From positions 3,040,001 to 3,104,000 of the forward strand of contig CBDCDZ010000004.1 in NCBI GenBank assembly GCA_965215565.1: a stretch of DNA of 64,000 bases. Direction: 5' to 3'. Under the pieces are notes generated by a model, which worked only from the letters and a program-made list of their open reading frames with translations, was not told the DNA's origin and did no database searches. The stretch comes from Trueperaceae bacterium (GTDB lineage: Bacteria > Deinococcota > Deinococci > Deinococcales > Trueperaceae). Every line of letters starts with the position of its first letter. Positions within the stretch are counted from its first letter, which is position 1. The position numbers and the translations under genes are program-made. This document shows, piece after piece, positions 41,073 to 51,057 of the stretch.

Positions 41073-42332
41073 GTGAACGCTCCTCTCACACTCACACAAC
41101 TTAGACGGCGCTATTTCATCATCACGTCACTGTTTTGGTTCGCCACCGTGCTGCCTACCGCCATTCTCGTGCTCTTCGCGCAAGCGAGAGGGTTGGACCT
41201 CTTGCAAGTGGGGTTCGTTTTCGGGGCGTATACGCTGACGATTGTGCTGCTCGAGGTCCCCACGGGTGGCTTGGCTGATACGGTCGGGCGCAGGCGTGTG
41301 ACGCTCATCGCCATCGGCGTCACCGTCGCAGCGCAACTCGTGCTCGTTAGCGCGTTTTCATTCCCGCAGTTTCTAGCGTTCGCCGTTCTCGGCGGCGCGG
41401 GGCGGGCGCTCATCTCAGGTGCGCCCGAGGCGTGGTTTGTCGACGGGCTCAAAGCTGTGGATGACGACATCGATATCCAGCCACATTTAGCTCAAGCTGA
41501 AGTCTTCTCGACGGTATCATTAGCTTTAGCGACGCTTTTAGGCGGCTTTCTGCCCGACTGGTTCGCGTTTTTGCCCCCCGCCGAAACCACGCTTCTGCCG
41601 CCCCTCGGCGTGCCTATCTTAGCCTCAGCACTGTATTTCTGCGTACTCGGCGGCGTTGTAATAGCGTTGATGCGTGAGGTGCGCTCCAAAGGCGACTCGA
41701 ATAGCGCGGGTGCAACGGGCTTATTTAACCTCCTGCAAGAAGCGTTCGCGCTCAGCGTGAAGTCCCGGACGATTCTGCTGATTCTGCTCGCCAGCGTCTT
41801 CGGCGGTTTCGTCACGAGCGGGCTCGAGACCTTTTGGCAGCCCTTTTTCAAATCGCTCTTAGGCGAACGCGAGGGCAGCACGTACCTCTTCGGCGTCATC
41901 CTGGCAGGTAGCTTCGCCTTGGCGTCGCTCGGGAGTCTCGCGTCTATTTGGCTGAGCCGTGTGTTTAAGCAGCGCTACGCTCTAGTCGCTGCGGTTGCAG
42001 AGGTCGGACAACTCGGCTTTGTGCTCCTACTCGCTGTGCAGACCAACGCGCTGGTTGCTGCGCCTCTCTTTTGGCTGGTTTACTTTAGTCGCGGCGCTTT
42101 AGCGTCGCCGCAAGCGACGCTACTCAACAATGAAGTCAGTGACGAGAAACGCTCCTCGATCCTCTCCATTCGGTCACTCGTTTTTTCCTTGGGTTTTTTC
42201 TTGGGCAGCGTGAGCTTGGGATATTTGGCGGACACCTTTTCTATCCGCGTGGCTTGGTCTGTTGCCGGAGCTTCTCTTCTCATCGCGGTCGGTTGCTACT
42301 GCGCTATTTTCGTACAGAATAAAGAAGATTAG
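41073..42332 (+). CDS. MFS transporter, paralogue A
   Basis: LEVPTGGLADTVGRR motif A; ~12 TM. Confidence 0.92.
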   Translation: MNAPLTLTQLRRRYFIITSLFWFATVLPTAILVLFAQARGLDLLQVGFVFGAYTLTIVLLEVPTGGLADTVGRRRVTLIAIGVTVAAQLVLVSAFSFPQFLAFAVLGGAGRALISGAPEAWFVDGLKAVDDDIDIQPHLAQAEVFSTVSLALATLLGGFLPDWFAFLPPAETTLLPPLGVPILASALYFCVLGGVVIALMREVRSKGDSNSAGATGLFNLLQEAFALSVKSRTILLILLASVFGGFVTSGLETFWQPFFKSLLGEREGSTYLFGVILAGSFALASLGSLASIWLSRVFKQRYALVAAVAEVGQLGFVLLLAVQTNALVAAPLFWLVYFSRGALASPQATLLNNEVSDEKRSSILSIRSLVFSLGFFLGSVSLGYLADTFSIRVAWSVAGASLLIAVGCYCAIFVQNKED

Positions 42333-43630
42333 AGTGTTTTCTCTCGAGCCTCATCTCCCAGGGACCGAGCACGGCGTCTATCCACCAAGAGGTAGAGCGG
42401 CAGCGAAAGGGCGAGCAGCCCAGCCGCGATCATCCAAGCGGTGCTGATGGAGAAGCCCTCCGAGACATAGCCGAGCGCAATGCTCCCCAAGCCGCCGCCG
42501 ACGTAGTTCGCCAGCGACTGCACCGAGAGCATGGACGAGCGTTTAGCAGCGGGAACCTCACTGTTGAAGAGTGTTGCGTGGGGTGAATTCATGGTGCCCC
42601 TCGAGAAATACACGAGCCAGAAGAACGCTGTCGCGAGACCCGCCGTAGACTGCAACGCGAGCAGGAGGAGCATCCCGCCCTGAATCCCGCCGAAAAGCGC
42701 CGCGACTAGTGCGTAACGTTTTTTGAAGAGCTTACTGAGCGGCGTCGAGAGGAGGTTGCCCACCATGCCGAGACCGAAGCTGCCCGCTAAGAGAAAGCCG
42801 AACAAAACGCTGTTGCCTTCGCTGCCGCCGAGTAAATTGGCGAAATAGGGTTGCCAGAAGGTTTCCACGCCGCTGAGCGCAAAGCCGCCTACGGACGCCG
42901 CGCCTAAAAGCAAGAGAATCGTAGGGTTGCGCCGACTCAAACCGACCGCTTCTCGAATGAGGTTCGGGATGGTGCCGAAGCCGCTCACTTCGGCGTCTCC
43001 CAGCCTCGAGCGGTCCTCTTTCACCAACAGCACTACCGCTAGAAAAGTCACAACGAACATGGCTATGGAGAAGACGATCGTCATAGAGAAGGGCGTGAAA
43101 ATTGCAGTCCCTTCTTCGGGCAGACCGCCGAAAAACGTCGGGATGACGCCGCTCAGGAGCGTGCCAACGCCGAGCGCGAAGAGTTCGAACGTCCCTGCAA
43201 CCGCGAGCGCGGGTTGAAGCTCCGCGTCGGGGTCAACCTCTTGCAAACTGTCGATAAACCACGCCTCCAACGCGCCCGACGACAGCGCCCGCCCCGCCCC
43301 GGAGAGGATGGCGAAGGCGAGCAGCGTGACGAACGAGAAGGCGACGAGGAGGACGGCGAGAGAAGCCAAGATAAAGCCGAGCGCTAGAAGCGTTACCCGC
43401 TTACGCCCGATGGCGTCGGCTAAGCCGCCCGTGGGTAGCTCGAGCAACACAACCGCAAATCCGTAGATACCCAGCACAACGCCGATTTGCGAGAGGTCAA
43501 AACCCCTAGCTTGGATGAGGAGAACTTGCACAGCGGCAGGTAGAACGGTGGCAAACCAGAAGAGGGTGACATAGAGGTAGTAGGTGAGTTTGACGCGGCG
43601 GAGCGACTGTGAAGGTGCGTTTGGAAACAT
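42329..43630 (-). CDS. MFS transporter, paralogue B
   Basis: LELPTGGLADAIGRK; ETFWQP shared with paralogue A. Confidence 0.92.
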   Translation of the reverse strand: MFPNAPSQSLRRVKLTYYLYVTLFWFATVLPAAVQVLLIQARGFDLSQIGVVLGIYGFAVVLLELPTGGLADAIGRKRVTLLALGFILASLAVLLVAFSFVTLLAFAILSGAGRALSSGALEAWFIDSLQEVDPDAELQPALAVAGTFELFALGVGTLLSGVIPTFFGGLPEEGTAIFTPFSMTIVFSIAMFVVTFLAVVLLVKEDRSRLGDAEVSGFGTIPNLIREAVGLSRRNPTILLLLGAASVGGFALSGVETFWQPYFANLLGGSEGNSVLFGFLLAGSFGLGMVGNLLSTPLSKLFKKRYALVAALFGGIQGGMLLLLALQSTAGLATAFFWLVYFSRGTMNSPHATLFNSEVPAAKRSSMLSVQSLANYVGGGLGSIALGYVSEGFSISTAWMIAAGLLALSLPLYLLVDRRRARSLGDEAREKTL

Positions 43631-43660
43631 GCGTCTATGCTGCGTGCTACGCTACGTAAA

Positions 43661-44329
43661 ATGGAAGATGCATATTTACGTAGAGGGTTGCCCGAGACGT
43701 TTTTCACCGTGCAGGATGCTGAGCAGGCTCGCCTGCTAAGCGACGTGAAAACCAGAGCGTACTTCGAACCCTTTCTGGCGCGAGAGATGAGCGTATCAGC
43801 GGCGGCTCGAGAGGTCGGCTGTTCGCTCCACGCGATGCTCTACCGCGTGCGCGTCTTTGTGGGGGCTGGTTTGCTGCGCGTCACGAGAGAAGAGGCGCGG
43901 GCAGGGCGCTCTATCAAGCATTACCGCTCCGCGCACGATGCTTACTACATCCCCCTAGAGATAACGCCTTACGCTGAGCTAGAGGAGCGGCTGAGGGCTC
44001 AATTTATGCCTAGCGCCGAGTTGCTCATCCGAGCCTGGTCACACCTCTTGCGGGAGGTAGGGCAGCGCGGACGGCGGCTCTACCGCGACTCGGCGGGCTT
44101 TATCTGCTCGAATTCCGGTGACGAGAAACAGCACTTCCTCGACTACGCCAACCCTGACTTTCCCGCTGTTTTCGACTTTTTCTTAGAGCTGCATCTACCC
44201 CAAGACGAGGCGAAGCAGTTGCAGCTCGAGCTTTTGGCGCTTTACCAGCGTTATCTGCCGTACCAGGAAAAGAGCGGTAACAAGGCGTACCTCTTCCAAG
44301 CCGCGCTCGTCCCAAAAGCGCCCGACTAG
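43661..44329 (+). CDS. Winged-helix (ArsR-like) regulator, paralogue B
   Basis: QARLL...YFEPFLARE.SVSAAAREVGC...RAGRSIKHYRS. Confidence 0.8.
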   Translation: MEDAYLRRGLPETFFTVQDAEQARLLSDVKTRAYFEPFLAREMSVSAAAREVGCSLHAMLYRVRVFVGAGLLRVTREEARAGRSIKHYRSAHDAYYIPLEITPYAELEERLRAQFMPSAELLIRAWSHLLREVGQRGRRLYRDSAGFICSNSGDEKQHFLDYANPDFPAVFDFFLELHLPQDEAKQLQLELLALYQRYLPYQEKSGNKAYLFQAALVPKAPD

Positions 44330-45345
44330 CGCTGAGGTTTGGTGAGAAAGTGCGTCAGCAGCTCAATCGCCGCGTTCACATCCGACTTGGCGACCATCTC
44401 GGTGACGGTGTGCACGTAGCGCGAGGGCGTCGAGACCGTGAGCGTCGCCACGCCCGAACGACTCTTCTGGATCGCGCCCGCGTCGGTGCCGCCTAGCGGA
44501 AGGATTTCGAACTGGTAAGGAACGCTGTTGTGCTCGGCTATCTCCACAAACTCGTCTAAAAGCCAGCGGGTGCTTATGGAGGCGGAGTCCATCACTTTAA
44601 GCGCCGTGCCCGCGCCCAGCTTCGTCACGCGCTGGTCGTCGCTCGTGCCGGGCGTATCCACCGCAAGCGTCGTGTCTAAAGCGACGCCGATGTCCGGCTC
44701 CACGCCGAACGCACCCGTCGTCGCGCCGCGCAAGCCCACCTCTTCTTGGACGCTGAAGACGGCGTAGATGTCGTAAGAAGGGCGCTCCAACCTCTTGAGC
44801 ACTTCGACGAGAATCCAGCAGCTCACCCTGTCGTCGAGCGCTTTGCCCGTAACTACTTCGCCTAGGTCGCGAAATTCCTGGATGAGCGTGACCGGATCGC
44901 CGACGCGCACTCGTTCTTTGACCGCGTCCGCGTCCATCCCCAAGTCAACCGCGAACTCGTTCATCTGCGGAATTTTCTTACGCTCTTCGGCGGTGGAAAT
45001 GTGGATAGGCTTCGTCGCGGGGTTCATGACGCCCACCAAGTCGCCGCTCCGGGTCTGCACCGTGACGGGGCGCGCGAAGAGGTTGCGCGTATCGAAGCCG
45101 CCGACGTTTTGTACGCGCACAAAGCCTTTGTCGTCCACGAATTTGACGTAGAAGCCGATTTCGTCCATGTGAGCCGAAAGCATCACGCGCTTGCCCTCGC
45201 CCTTTTTGTGCGCGATAAGGTTGCCCATTGCGTCCGTTTGGAGAGAGTCCACTACGCCCTCTAATTCGCTCTTGAGCAGCTCGCGGACGCGCTCCTCGCG
45301 TCCCGGCACGCCGCCGACTTCGGAGAGTTTCTTGAGGAGTTCCAT
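44326..45345 (-). CDS. M42 family metallo-aminopeptidase
   Basis: AHMDEIG, KALDDR, QEEVGLRGA, GGTDAG, RYVH. Confidence 0.94.
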   Translation of the reverse strand: MELLKKLSEVGGVPGREERVRELLKSELEGVVDSLQTDAMGNLIAHKKGEGKRVMLSAHMDEIGFYVKFVDDKGFVRVQNVGGFDTRNLFARPVTVQTRSGDLVGVMNPATKPIHISTAEERKKIPQMNEFAVDLGMDADAVKERVRVGDPVTLIQEFRDLGEVVTGKALDDRVSCWILVEVLKRLERPSYDIYAVFSVQEEVGLRGATTGAFGVEPDIGVALDTTLAVDTPGTSDDQRVTKLGAGTALKVMDSASISTRWLLDEFVEIAEHNSVPYQFEILPLGGTDAGAIQKSRSGVATLTVSTPSRYVHTVTEMVAKSDVNAAIELLTHFLTKPQR

Positions 45346-45424
45346 GCCCATAATTTAACACCTCTTCAAGACGCTGCTAAGCTGTATCTATGACACTTTC
45401 CGCTCGAGTAGTAACAACCTCGTA

Positions 45425-46453
45425 TTACTCGAGCCTCGCTACCTCTTGCCCTTCTTGCCCCAACTCGGTCTGACTAAGCCAACTCGACACCGCCTCCACA
45501 AACGCCTCTGGACACTCCTCTTGCGGCAGGTGCCCACAGTTTTCTAAAGATACAAACTCGGCGTCCGGCAGCGTCTCGGCGAGTTGCTCGCTCTGCTCGG
45601 GTAGAACGAGCGCGTCCTCTTGTCCGGTCATCACGAGCGTGGGCATCTGAACGCGGCTCAGTTGCGACGTTAGGTCCGCGGTGCGGCTCGCCTTGATAAC
45701 TTCCCACAAGGCCGCGTCCCAGTTGTCAGCGCGGAGCCAGCGCTGATGACCTGCTAAGTCCGCTTCGGTGAGCTTGTTAGGGTCAGCGTAAGAGGTGCGC
45801 AAAAAGTCAAGACCGGGCTCGCCGCTGAATTGCCGCGCAATCAAGGGGCCCAAGCGGTTCACTTGGGGCGTGCTGAGAAGGGGTCTAATCCAGTTGGGTG
45901 CGCCGCCGCCTTCGTAAACGGCGGCGTCTGCTAAGACGAGACCGGAGACGCGCTCAGGATAGGTTGCGGCGACTCTAAGTGCTAAAGTGCCGCCCGCCGA
46001 GTTGCCGACGAGAACCGCCTGGTCGATGCCTAGTTCATTTAACAGCGCCACCACGAGATCAACTTGCGCCGCCGGGCTATACGGATTACCACCTTGCCAC
46101 GCGCCGCGCAAAGGGCGCTCGGTCAAGCCGAAGCCAGGGCGGTCAAAGGCGACGGCGCTGCCCGGCAATTCACCCAGAACCTCGCGCCAACTAAAGGTGC
46201 TGCCGCCGAAACCGTGCAAAAGGATGAGGTGCGGCTCGCCTGCGCCCGCCCGCGCGTAGTGCACGCTGAGGTTGCTTACGCCGGTTGCGTCGACCTCTAC
46301 GAATTGACTGTCCGGCTCGGCGAGGCTAGAGGCGGGCACGGTCTCCAAAGCGGGCACGGGTACGAGAAAGGGACCGACGAGCGCGAGCAGCGCGACCAGA
46401 GCGAGGACGATGAGAGTGGCTTTGAGGCGGATAGGCATCCCTGATTTAATCAT
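45425..46453 (-). CDS. Alpha/beta hydrolase with N-terminal membrane anchor
   Basis: LHGFGG, DRPGFG, GNSAGG, CGHLPQEE. Confidence 0.9.
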   Translation of the reverse strand: MIKSGMPIRLKATLIVLALVALLALVGPFLVPVPALETVPASSLAEPDSQFVEVDATGVSNLSVHYARAGAGEPHLILLHGFGGSTFSWREVLGELPGSAVAFDRPGFGLTERPLRGAWQGGNPYSPAAQVDLVVALLNELGIDQAVLVGNSAGGTLALRVAATYPERVSGLVLADAAVYEGGGAPNWIRPLLSTPQVNRLGPLIARQFSGEPGLDFLRTSYADPNKLTEADLAGHQRWLRADNWDAALWEVIKASRTADLTSQLSRVQMPTLVMTGQEDALVLPEQSEQLAETLPDAEFVSLENCGHLPQEECPEAFVEAVSSWLSQTELGQEGQEVARLE

Positions 46454-46814
46454 CCTAACGACCGCTTAGGCTACGCTTTGGCTGACAGCGGACCCCTGGG
46501 CAGGTCTGCCGCCAGTACACGGCGCACCGGGTGTTGAACGCCCGAGCAGCGTTCAAGCCGCTCGCGAGACGCGCCTAAAGTGTGCAGCAGCGCATCTGGA
46601 TGAAGGTTCGTTAAGGTCGCGATGAATTGACAGTGGTAGGATAGGCGCGTTACCTTTGTGCTGGGTATATAACGCACGCGAGTGAACGCTGAGTCGGAGC
46701 TTTCTCTAGACGTTCAAGCGCGTCGTTGACTCTAAATTCGCCTTATCTCTTGCGTTGAAATGCACTGTAGTCAATGCACTGTAGGTGGTGGCTGGGAAGG
46801 ATACCGACGTGCCG

Positions 46815-48005
46815 ATGATAGCCCGATGTTTGCTATTTTTGTTCGCCCTCTTTGGCACGCCGAGCTACGCGGGCGACCTCGTCGTCATCGGCGGTGAACT
46901 CAGGGTGCTCAACGAGGCGATCTACGGTGCCATCGTCGAGCGTTTAGACAACCGTTCGATATGTGTCTTCGCGACGGCGAGCGCGAACCCGGAATTGGCG
47001 GCGCGGCCCTACACGGGCGCGTTTGCGCGCTACGGCGTGGAGTCTATACTCGTTGATATTTCGGTGGATAATGCGGCGCAGAGCACGTCAGACGGGGCCG
47101 TCTTAGATCAGATCGCCGCTTGCGGCGGCTACTTCTTTACAGGGGGCGATCAAAGGCGCATCACGGATGCGTTCTTGGTGGAAGGAGCGGACACCCCGGC
47201 GCTCACCACCTTGCGTGCTCGCTTTGAGGCGGGCGCGGTCATCGCGGGCACAAGTGCGGGCGCGGCGGTGTTGAGCGAAACGATGATAGGGGGAGGCTCG
47301 AGCGTCGACACGCTGCTCGTCGGTGAAAACGCGGTGAGTTTGGAGCCGGGGCTCGGGTTTGTTGGCGGCGTCATTTTTGACCAACACTTCATCGAGCGCG
47401 GGCGTTTAGGGCGGCTGCTCGGCGCGTTGGTCGAAACGAACTTGCCGCTCGGCGCGGGCATAGGTGAAAACACCGCGCTCGTCTTGCCCGAAGAGGGACC
47501 CTGGCAAGTCTTGGGCGGCGGGCACGTGGCGCTCATCGAAATGCCTGCGAACGCGACGTTGGCGGCGCTCGAGGGCGTCCTTATCAGCCTCCTTGCGGGC
47601 GGCGACAGCTTCGATCTCATGACGGATACCTTCTCGGTGCGGCTCGAGCGCATCAACACGCAAGAAGTAGGCTACTACTACGAAGCCGGCGACATCTTCG
47701 CCGTGGACGCCTTTGGTCCGGGCGTCCTGACCGACCTCTTAACCCGGCTTGTCGACAGCCCCGAAAGCGGCGCGAGCGGGCTCGGCTTCGTCGGCAACTC
47801 GGCGGCGAGTTTCAGCGCCGACGGCGTACGGGTGACGCTCAGAAAAACGCCTCAGAGCATGGGCTACTGGGGGCGTATCAGCGACGCCGACAACTACAGC
47901 GTCATCCGCGTCGGGCTGAGCATCAAGCCCGTGACCGTGAGTGTCGGACCTAAAGATGGCAGCGCCGAAGATGGCGGCGTCGCCGAGGGCGAGCGTTCGC
48001 CCTAA
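46815..48005 (+). CDS. Cyanophycinase-like S51 peptidase with signal peptide
   Basis: LVVIGG, FFTGGDQ.RI, GTSAGAA, DQHF.ERGRLGRL, GIGENTA; N-terminal signal ending SYA. Confidence 0.85.
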   Translation: MIARCLLFLFALFGTPSYAGDLVVIGGELRVLNEAIYGAIVERLDNRSICVFATASANPELAARPYTGAFARYGVESILVDISVDNAAQSTSDGAVLDQIAACGGYFFTGGDQRRITDAFLVEGADTPALTTLRARFEAGAVIAGTSAGAAVLSETMIGGGSSVDTLLVGENAVSLEPGLGFVGGVIFDQHFIERGRLGRLLGALVETNLPLGAGIGENTALVLPEEGPWQVLGGGHVALIEMPANATLAALEGVLISLLAGGDSFDLMTDTFSVRLERINTQEVGYYYEAGDIFAVDAFGPGVLTDLLTRLVDSPESGASGLGFVGNSAASFSADGVRVTLRKTPQSMGYWGRISDADNYSVIRVGLSIKPVTVSVGPKDGSAEDGGVAEGERSP

Positions 48006-48054
48006 CTGCCGGCCGCTGCTACCGTCCGCAGGCCGCTCATGCTAGGCTCAGGGT

Positions 48055-48936
48055 ATGACGCACTCCCCCTCCAACCTTGTCGCCACCTTTTCCGTCGTCG
48101 GCAGAGACCCCGCTACAGGCGACTTAGGCGTCGCCACCGCCTCTAAATTTCTGGCGGTGGGCGCAGTTGTTCCTTACGCCGAAGCGGGGCGCGGCGCGGT
48201 AGCGACGCAGTCGTACGCCAACACCACCTTTGGGCCGCGCACCATGATGGCGATTCGCGGCGGCATCTCCTTAGACCTCATCCACCAAGCTTTCGCAGAA
48301 TCCGACACGCAGCACGCGCAGCGGCAGTATGGTCTGGTAGATGCAAACGGCAACAGCCTCACCTTTACGGGCGACGAGTGTCACCCCTGGGCGGGCGGCA
48401 AGCACGGTGAGAACTACGCGGTGCAGGGTAACTTGTTGGCGGGTCCCGAAGTGGTGGAGGGACTCGAGCAGACCTTTTTAGAAACAGAGGGCGCACTTCC
48501 CGAACGCCTCTTAGCTGCGCTAGCTGCAGGCGACGCCGCTGGTGGTGATAAACGCGGGAGGCAGTCCGCCGCCCTTTTGGTCGTGCGCGAAGCGGGCGGC
48601 TACGGCGGCTTCAACGACCGCTACATCGATCTGCGCGTGGACGACCATCCGCAGCCCGTCAGCGAGTTGGCGCGCCTTCTAAACTTGCAGCGCCTCTTTT
48701 TCGAGCGTCCGCAAGAGGATGAAATTTTAGAAATCGACACCGAACTAGCGGAACGGTTACAAGAGGTGCTCGTTCAGTCGGGTCACCTCACCGACGTGCG
48801 CGGAAGCTGGGACGACGCCTCGGAAAACGCGCTCCGTGACCTCATCGGCACGGAGAATTTAGAGGAGCGCACCGTAGACGCAGGCTACGTGGACCAAGCC
48901 GTCGTGCGCTACTTAGAAGAGAAATACACGCCTTAG
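48055..48936 (+). CDS. DUF1028 Ntn-hydrolase-like protein with C-terminal PG-binding-like domain
   Basis: TFSVVGRD, GAVATQS, QGNLL, GGDKRGRQSAA, DLRVDDH. Confidence 0.9.
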   Translation: MTHSPSNLVATFSVVGRDPATGDLGVATASKFLAVGAVVPYAEAGRGAVATQSYANTTFGPRTMMAIRGGISLDLIHQAFAESDTQHAQRQYGLVDANGNSLTFTGDECHPWAGGKHGENYAVQGNLLAGPEVVEGLEQTFLETEGALPERLLAALAAGDAAGGDKRGRQSAALLVVREAGGYGGFNDRYIDLRVDDHPQPVSELARLLNLQRLFFERPQEDEILEIDTELAERLQEVLVQSGHLTDVRGSWDDASENALRDLIGTENLEERTVDAGYVDQAVVRYLEEKYTP

Positions 48937-49036
48937 CTTACTTTCAAGTTCAGGTCTTTTGTGCCACTCTTGACGTAATTCGCGAGCGGCGCTATCTGGC
49001 GTTGCTGAATGGTTCACATGAATTCAAGGAGGTACG

Positions 49037-49378
49037 ATGAGCGACACAACCGTCAAAAAAGTCAACGCAAAAACCTCACCAAAAGGTGATATGGGGCAGA
49101 CCTATCTCGTTTCGGGGACTAGCATGGCGATGCGCATGTGGGACGCCGAGGGGTCAGGCGAGCCCAAACCCGAACAGAAGCGCGACTACGAAACCGTCGG
49201 TTACGTCATTAGCGGCAAAGCGGAGCTTCACCTAGAGGGGCAAAAGGTCTTGCTAGAAGAGGGCGACTCGTGGCTTGTGCCGCAAGGTGCGTCGCATACG
49301 TATAATATTTTAGAGGCGTTTACGGCGGTTGAGGCGACGCATCCGCCAGCGCGGGTGGATGATAGGGACGAGCCGTAA
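49037..49378 (+). CDS. Cupin domain protein
   Basis: YETVGYVISG...LEEGDSWLVPQGASHTY; AAGGAGG RBS. Confidence 0.9.
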   Translation: MSDTTVKKVNAKTSPKGDMGQTYLVSGTSMAMRMWDAEGSGEPKPEQKRDYETVGYVISGKAELHLEGQKVLLEEGDSWLVPQGASHTYNILEAFTAVEATHPPARVDDRDEP

Positions 49379-49399
49379 GAGGTTGAATTCGGTTAGATG

Positions 49400-49431
49400 A
49401 AGGAGGCTCGAGATTCTCGAGCCTCCTTTTT
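49400..49431 (+). terminator. Intrinsic terminator between convergent genes
   Basis: AAGGAGGCTCGAGA-T-TCTCGAGCCTCCTT inverted repeat running into a T-tract; stem built from two CTCGAG. Confidence 0.8.
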
Positions 49432-49433
49432 GC

Positions 49434-49896
49434 TTACTTCTGTGACAAACTCGGCTGAAAAGAAACGTCTCTCGCTACAACGGTTTCCGGTGTGAAGTGG
49501 ATAAGGAGCGTGTCGAAACTTTCCAAAGCGTATCTAAACCGCTCGTCCCATACCTCTTCGTCCTTTCCTACAATAGCGACGAAGCAGTCTGCGAGCGCGG
49601 TCTATGTCGAAGGGAGCAATTGCCGCACGTCCGCGCATTCCTACATGTTCTACTCGTCCAGTGAGAACGTCGAAATCGACAATACCCACTGCACAGCGCG
49701 GCTCGACTTGGATGCGTTTCGGAAAAGTATCGGTTTGCTTGTCCCCAATGATCCACAGCGCCTCGTCTTCCCACAAAAACCATACAGGGGAATCCCTCGG
49801 TCCATCTTCAACCGCTGTTGCTAAGTGCGCAAAAAGAGGTCTAGTGAGAAACGCACCGAGGTCTACGGTGCGTTTTTTGTCGCGAATGACTTTCAT
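49434..49896 (-). CDS. Pyridoxamine 5'-phosphate oxidase-like FMN-binding protein, +1 frameshift near 49572
   Basis: PLFAHLAT..GPRDSPVWFLWE; other frame continues GKDEEVWDERF...FTPETVVARDVSF. Confidence 0.8.
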
Positions 49897-49900
49897 CTTG

Positions 49901-50086
49901 TCATTCTATGGGGTTTTTAACCCCAATGCTTTCGTAGGACGCGGAAGCTGCCTCCTCGTCTTCAACCAAAACATCGTTGGTGAAATCGTGCGTCTGCCAA
50001 AACTCATCCTCTTCTTCCCAAGTCATCTGGGAGAAATCGGGTAGCTGCTCCGGGCACGTTAGAAGATCACGTTCATTAGTTGCCAA
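49901..50086 (-). CDS. Short CopG/BrnA-type antitoxin-like protein (N-terminal motif only)
   Basis: LPDF...EEEDEFWQTHDFT motif; no RHH part and no toxin partner. Confidence 0.6.
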   Translation of the reverse strand: MATNERDLLTCPEQLPDFSQMTWEEEDEFWQTHDFTNDVLVEDEEAASASYESIGVKNPIE

Positions 50087-50089
50087 GTG

Positions 50090-50905
50090 TTATTTCCCCT
50101 TAAACTCCGCCGCCCGCTTTTCCAAAAAGGCCGTTGTCCCTTCGGTTGCGTCCTCGGTGGAAACCGCCATGCCGAAGAGGTCCGCTTCAATTTCCAAAGC
50201 CTGATTGAGCGTCACGTCTTGGCCTCTCACGATAGCTTCTTTCGCTAAGCCTAAAGAGATGGGCGCGTTTTTAATGGTGAGGGCGGCAAGCTCCAAGGCC
50301 CCCTCGAGCGCGTCCTCCACCACCCGGTTCACGAGCCCGAGCTGCAACGCCTCCTCCGCTTGAACGTGCCGCCCTGTAAAGATAAGGTCCATTGCTCTAC
50401 CTTGTCCGATAAGACGCGGTAAACGCTGCGTACCGCCGTAGCCCGGCAAGATGCCCAAGCCCACTTCGGGCAGCCCTAAGCGAGCCTTCGTACCTGCCAC
50501 GCGCATGTCGCAAGCGAGCGCGAGTTCGAGTCCGCCGCCGAGCGCGAAGCCGTTCACAGCGGCGATGGTCGGGATGGGCAGCGCCGCGAGCGTGTTCATC
50601 ACGTCTTGTCCCGCTAAAGAGGTCTCGCGTCCGCTAAAGGGGTCGGAGAGTTTTTGCAAGCTGGGGATATCCGCGCCCGCAACGAAGGCGCGACCTTTAC
50701 CCGTGATGACTAAAGCGCGAACCTCTAAGTCCGCCTCGGCAAGTTCAAACGCGACGCCGAGTTCGAAAAGCAAATCCGCGTTGAGCGCGTTGAGCGCCTC
50801 TTCGCGCTCGATGGTGACGATTGCGACGTTATCCCTGACCTCATACGAGAGGTTCTTTAAGTCAGAGGTGATTTCGCTGATGTCGATTTGGGGTTGGTCG
50901 GACAT
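50090..50905 (-). CDS. crt: Enoyl-CoA hydratase/crotonase
   Basis: FVAGADI, AVNGFALGGGLELALACD, PEVGLG.LPGYGGTQRL. Confidence 0.9.
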   Translation of the reverse strand: MSDQPQIDISEITSDLKNLSYEVRDNVAIVTIEREEALNALNADLLFELGVAFELAEADLEVRALVITGKGRAFVAGADIPSLQKLSDPFSGRETSLAGQDVMNTLAALPIPTIAAVNGFALGGGLELALACDMRVAGTKARLGLPEVGLGILPGYGGTQRLPRLIGQGRAMDLIFTGRHVQAEEALQLGLVNRVVEDALEGALELAALTIKNAPISLGLAKEAIVRGQDVTLNQALEIEADLFGMAVSTEDATEGTTAFLEKRAAEFKGK

Positions 50906-50954
50906 GGTAGCTCCTTATTGAATATGGGTTAGTCTCGAGGTTAGTAATTAAGAT

Positions 50955-51033
50955 AGCAATGAGCAATGAGCAATGAGTTGAAAGTGAAAGTCAAAAGCCT
51001 TTACTCATTGCTCATTGCTTTCAACTCATTGCT
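50955..51033. repeat. Heptamer (GCAATGA) tandem-repeat hairpin, second copy
   Basis: (GCAATGA)x3 ... AAGCCTTTA CTCATTGCTCATTGC ... CTCATTGC. Confidence 0.85.
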
Positions 51034-51057
51034 TCTTTTCTCTTCACTACCTGGCCC

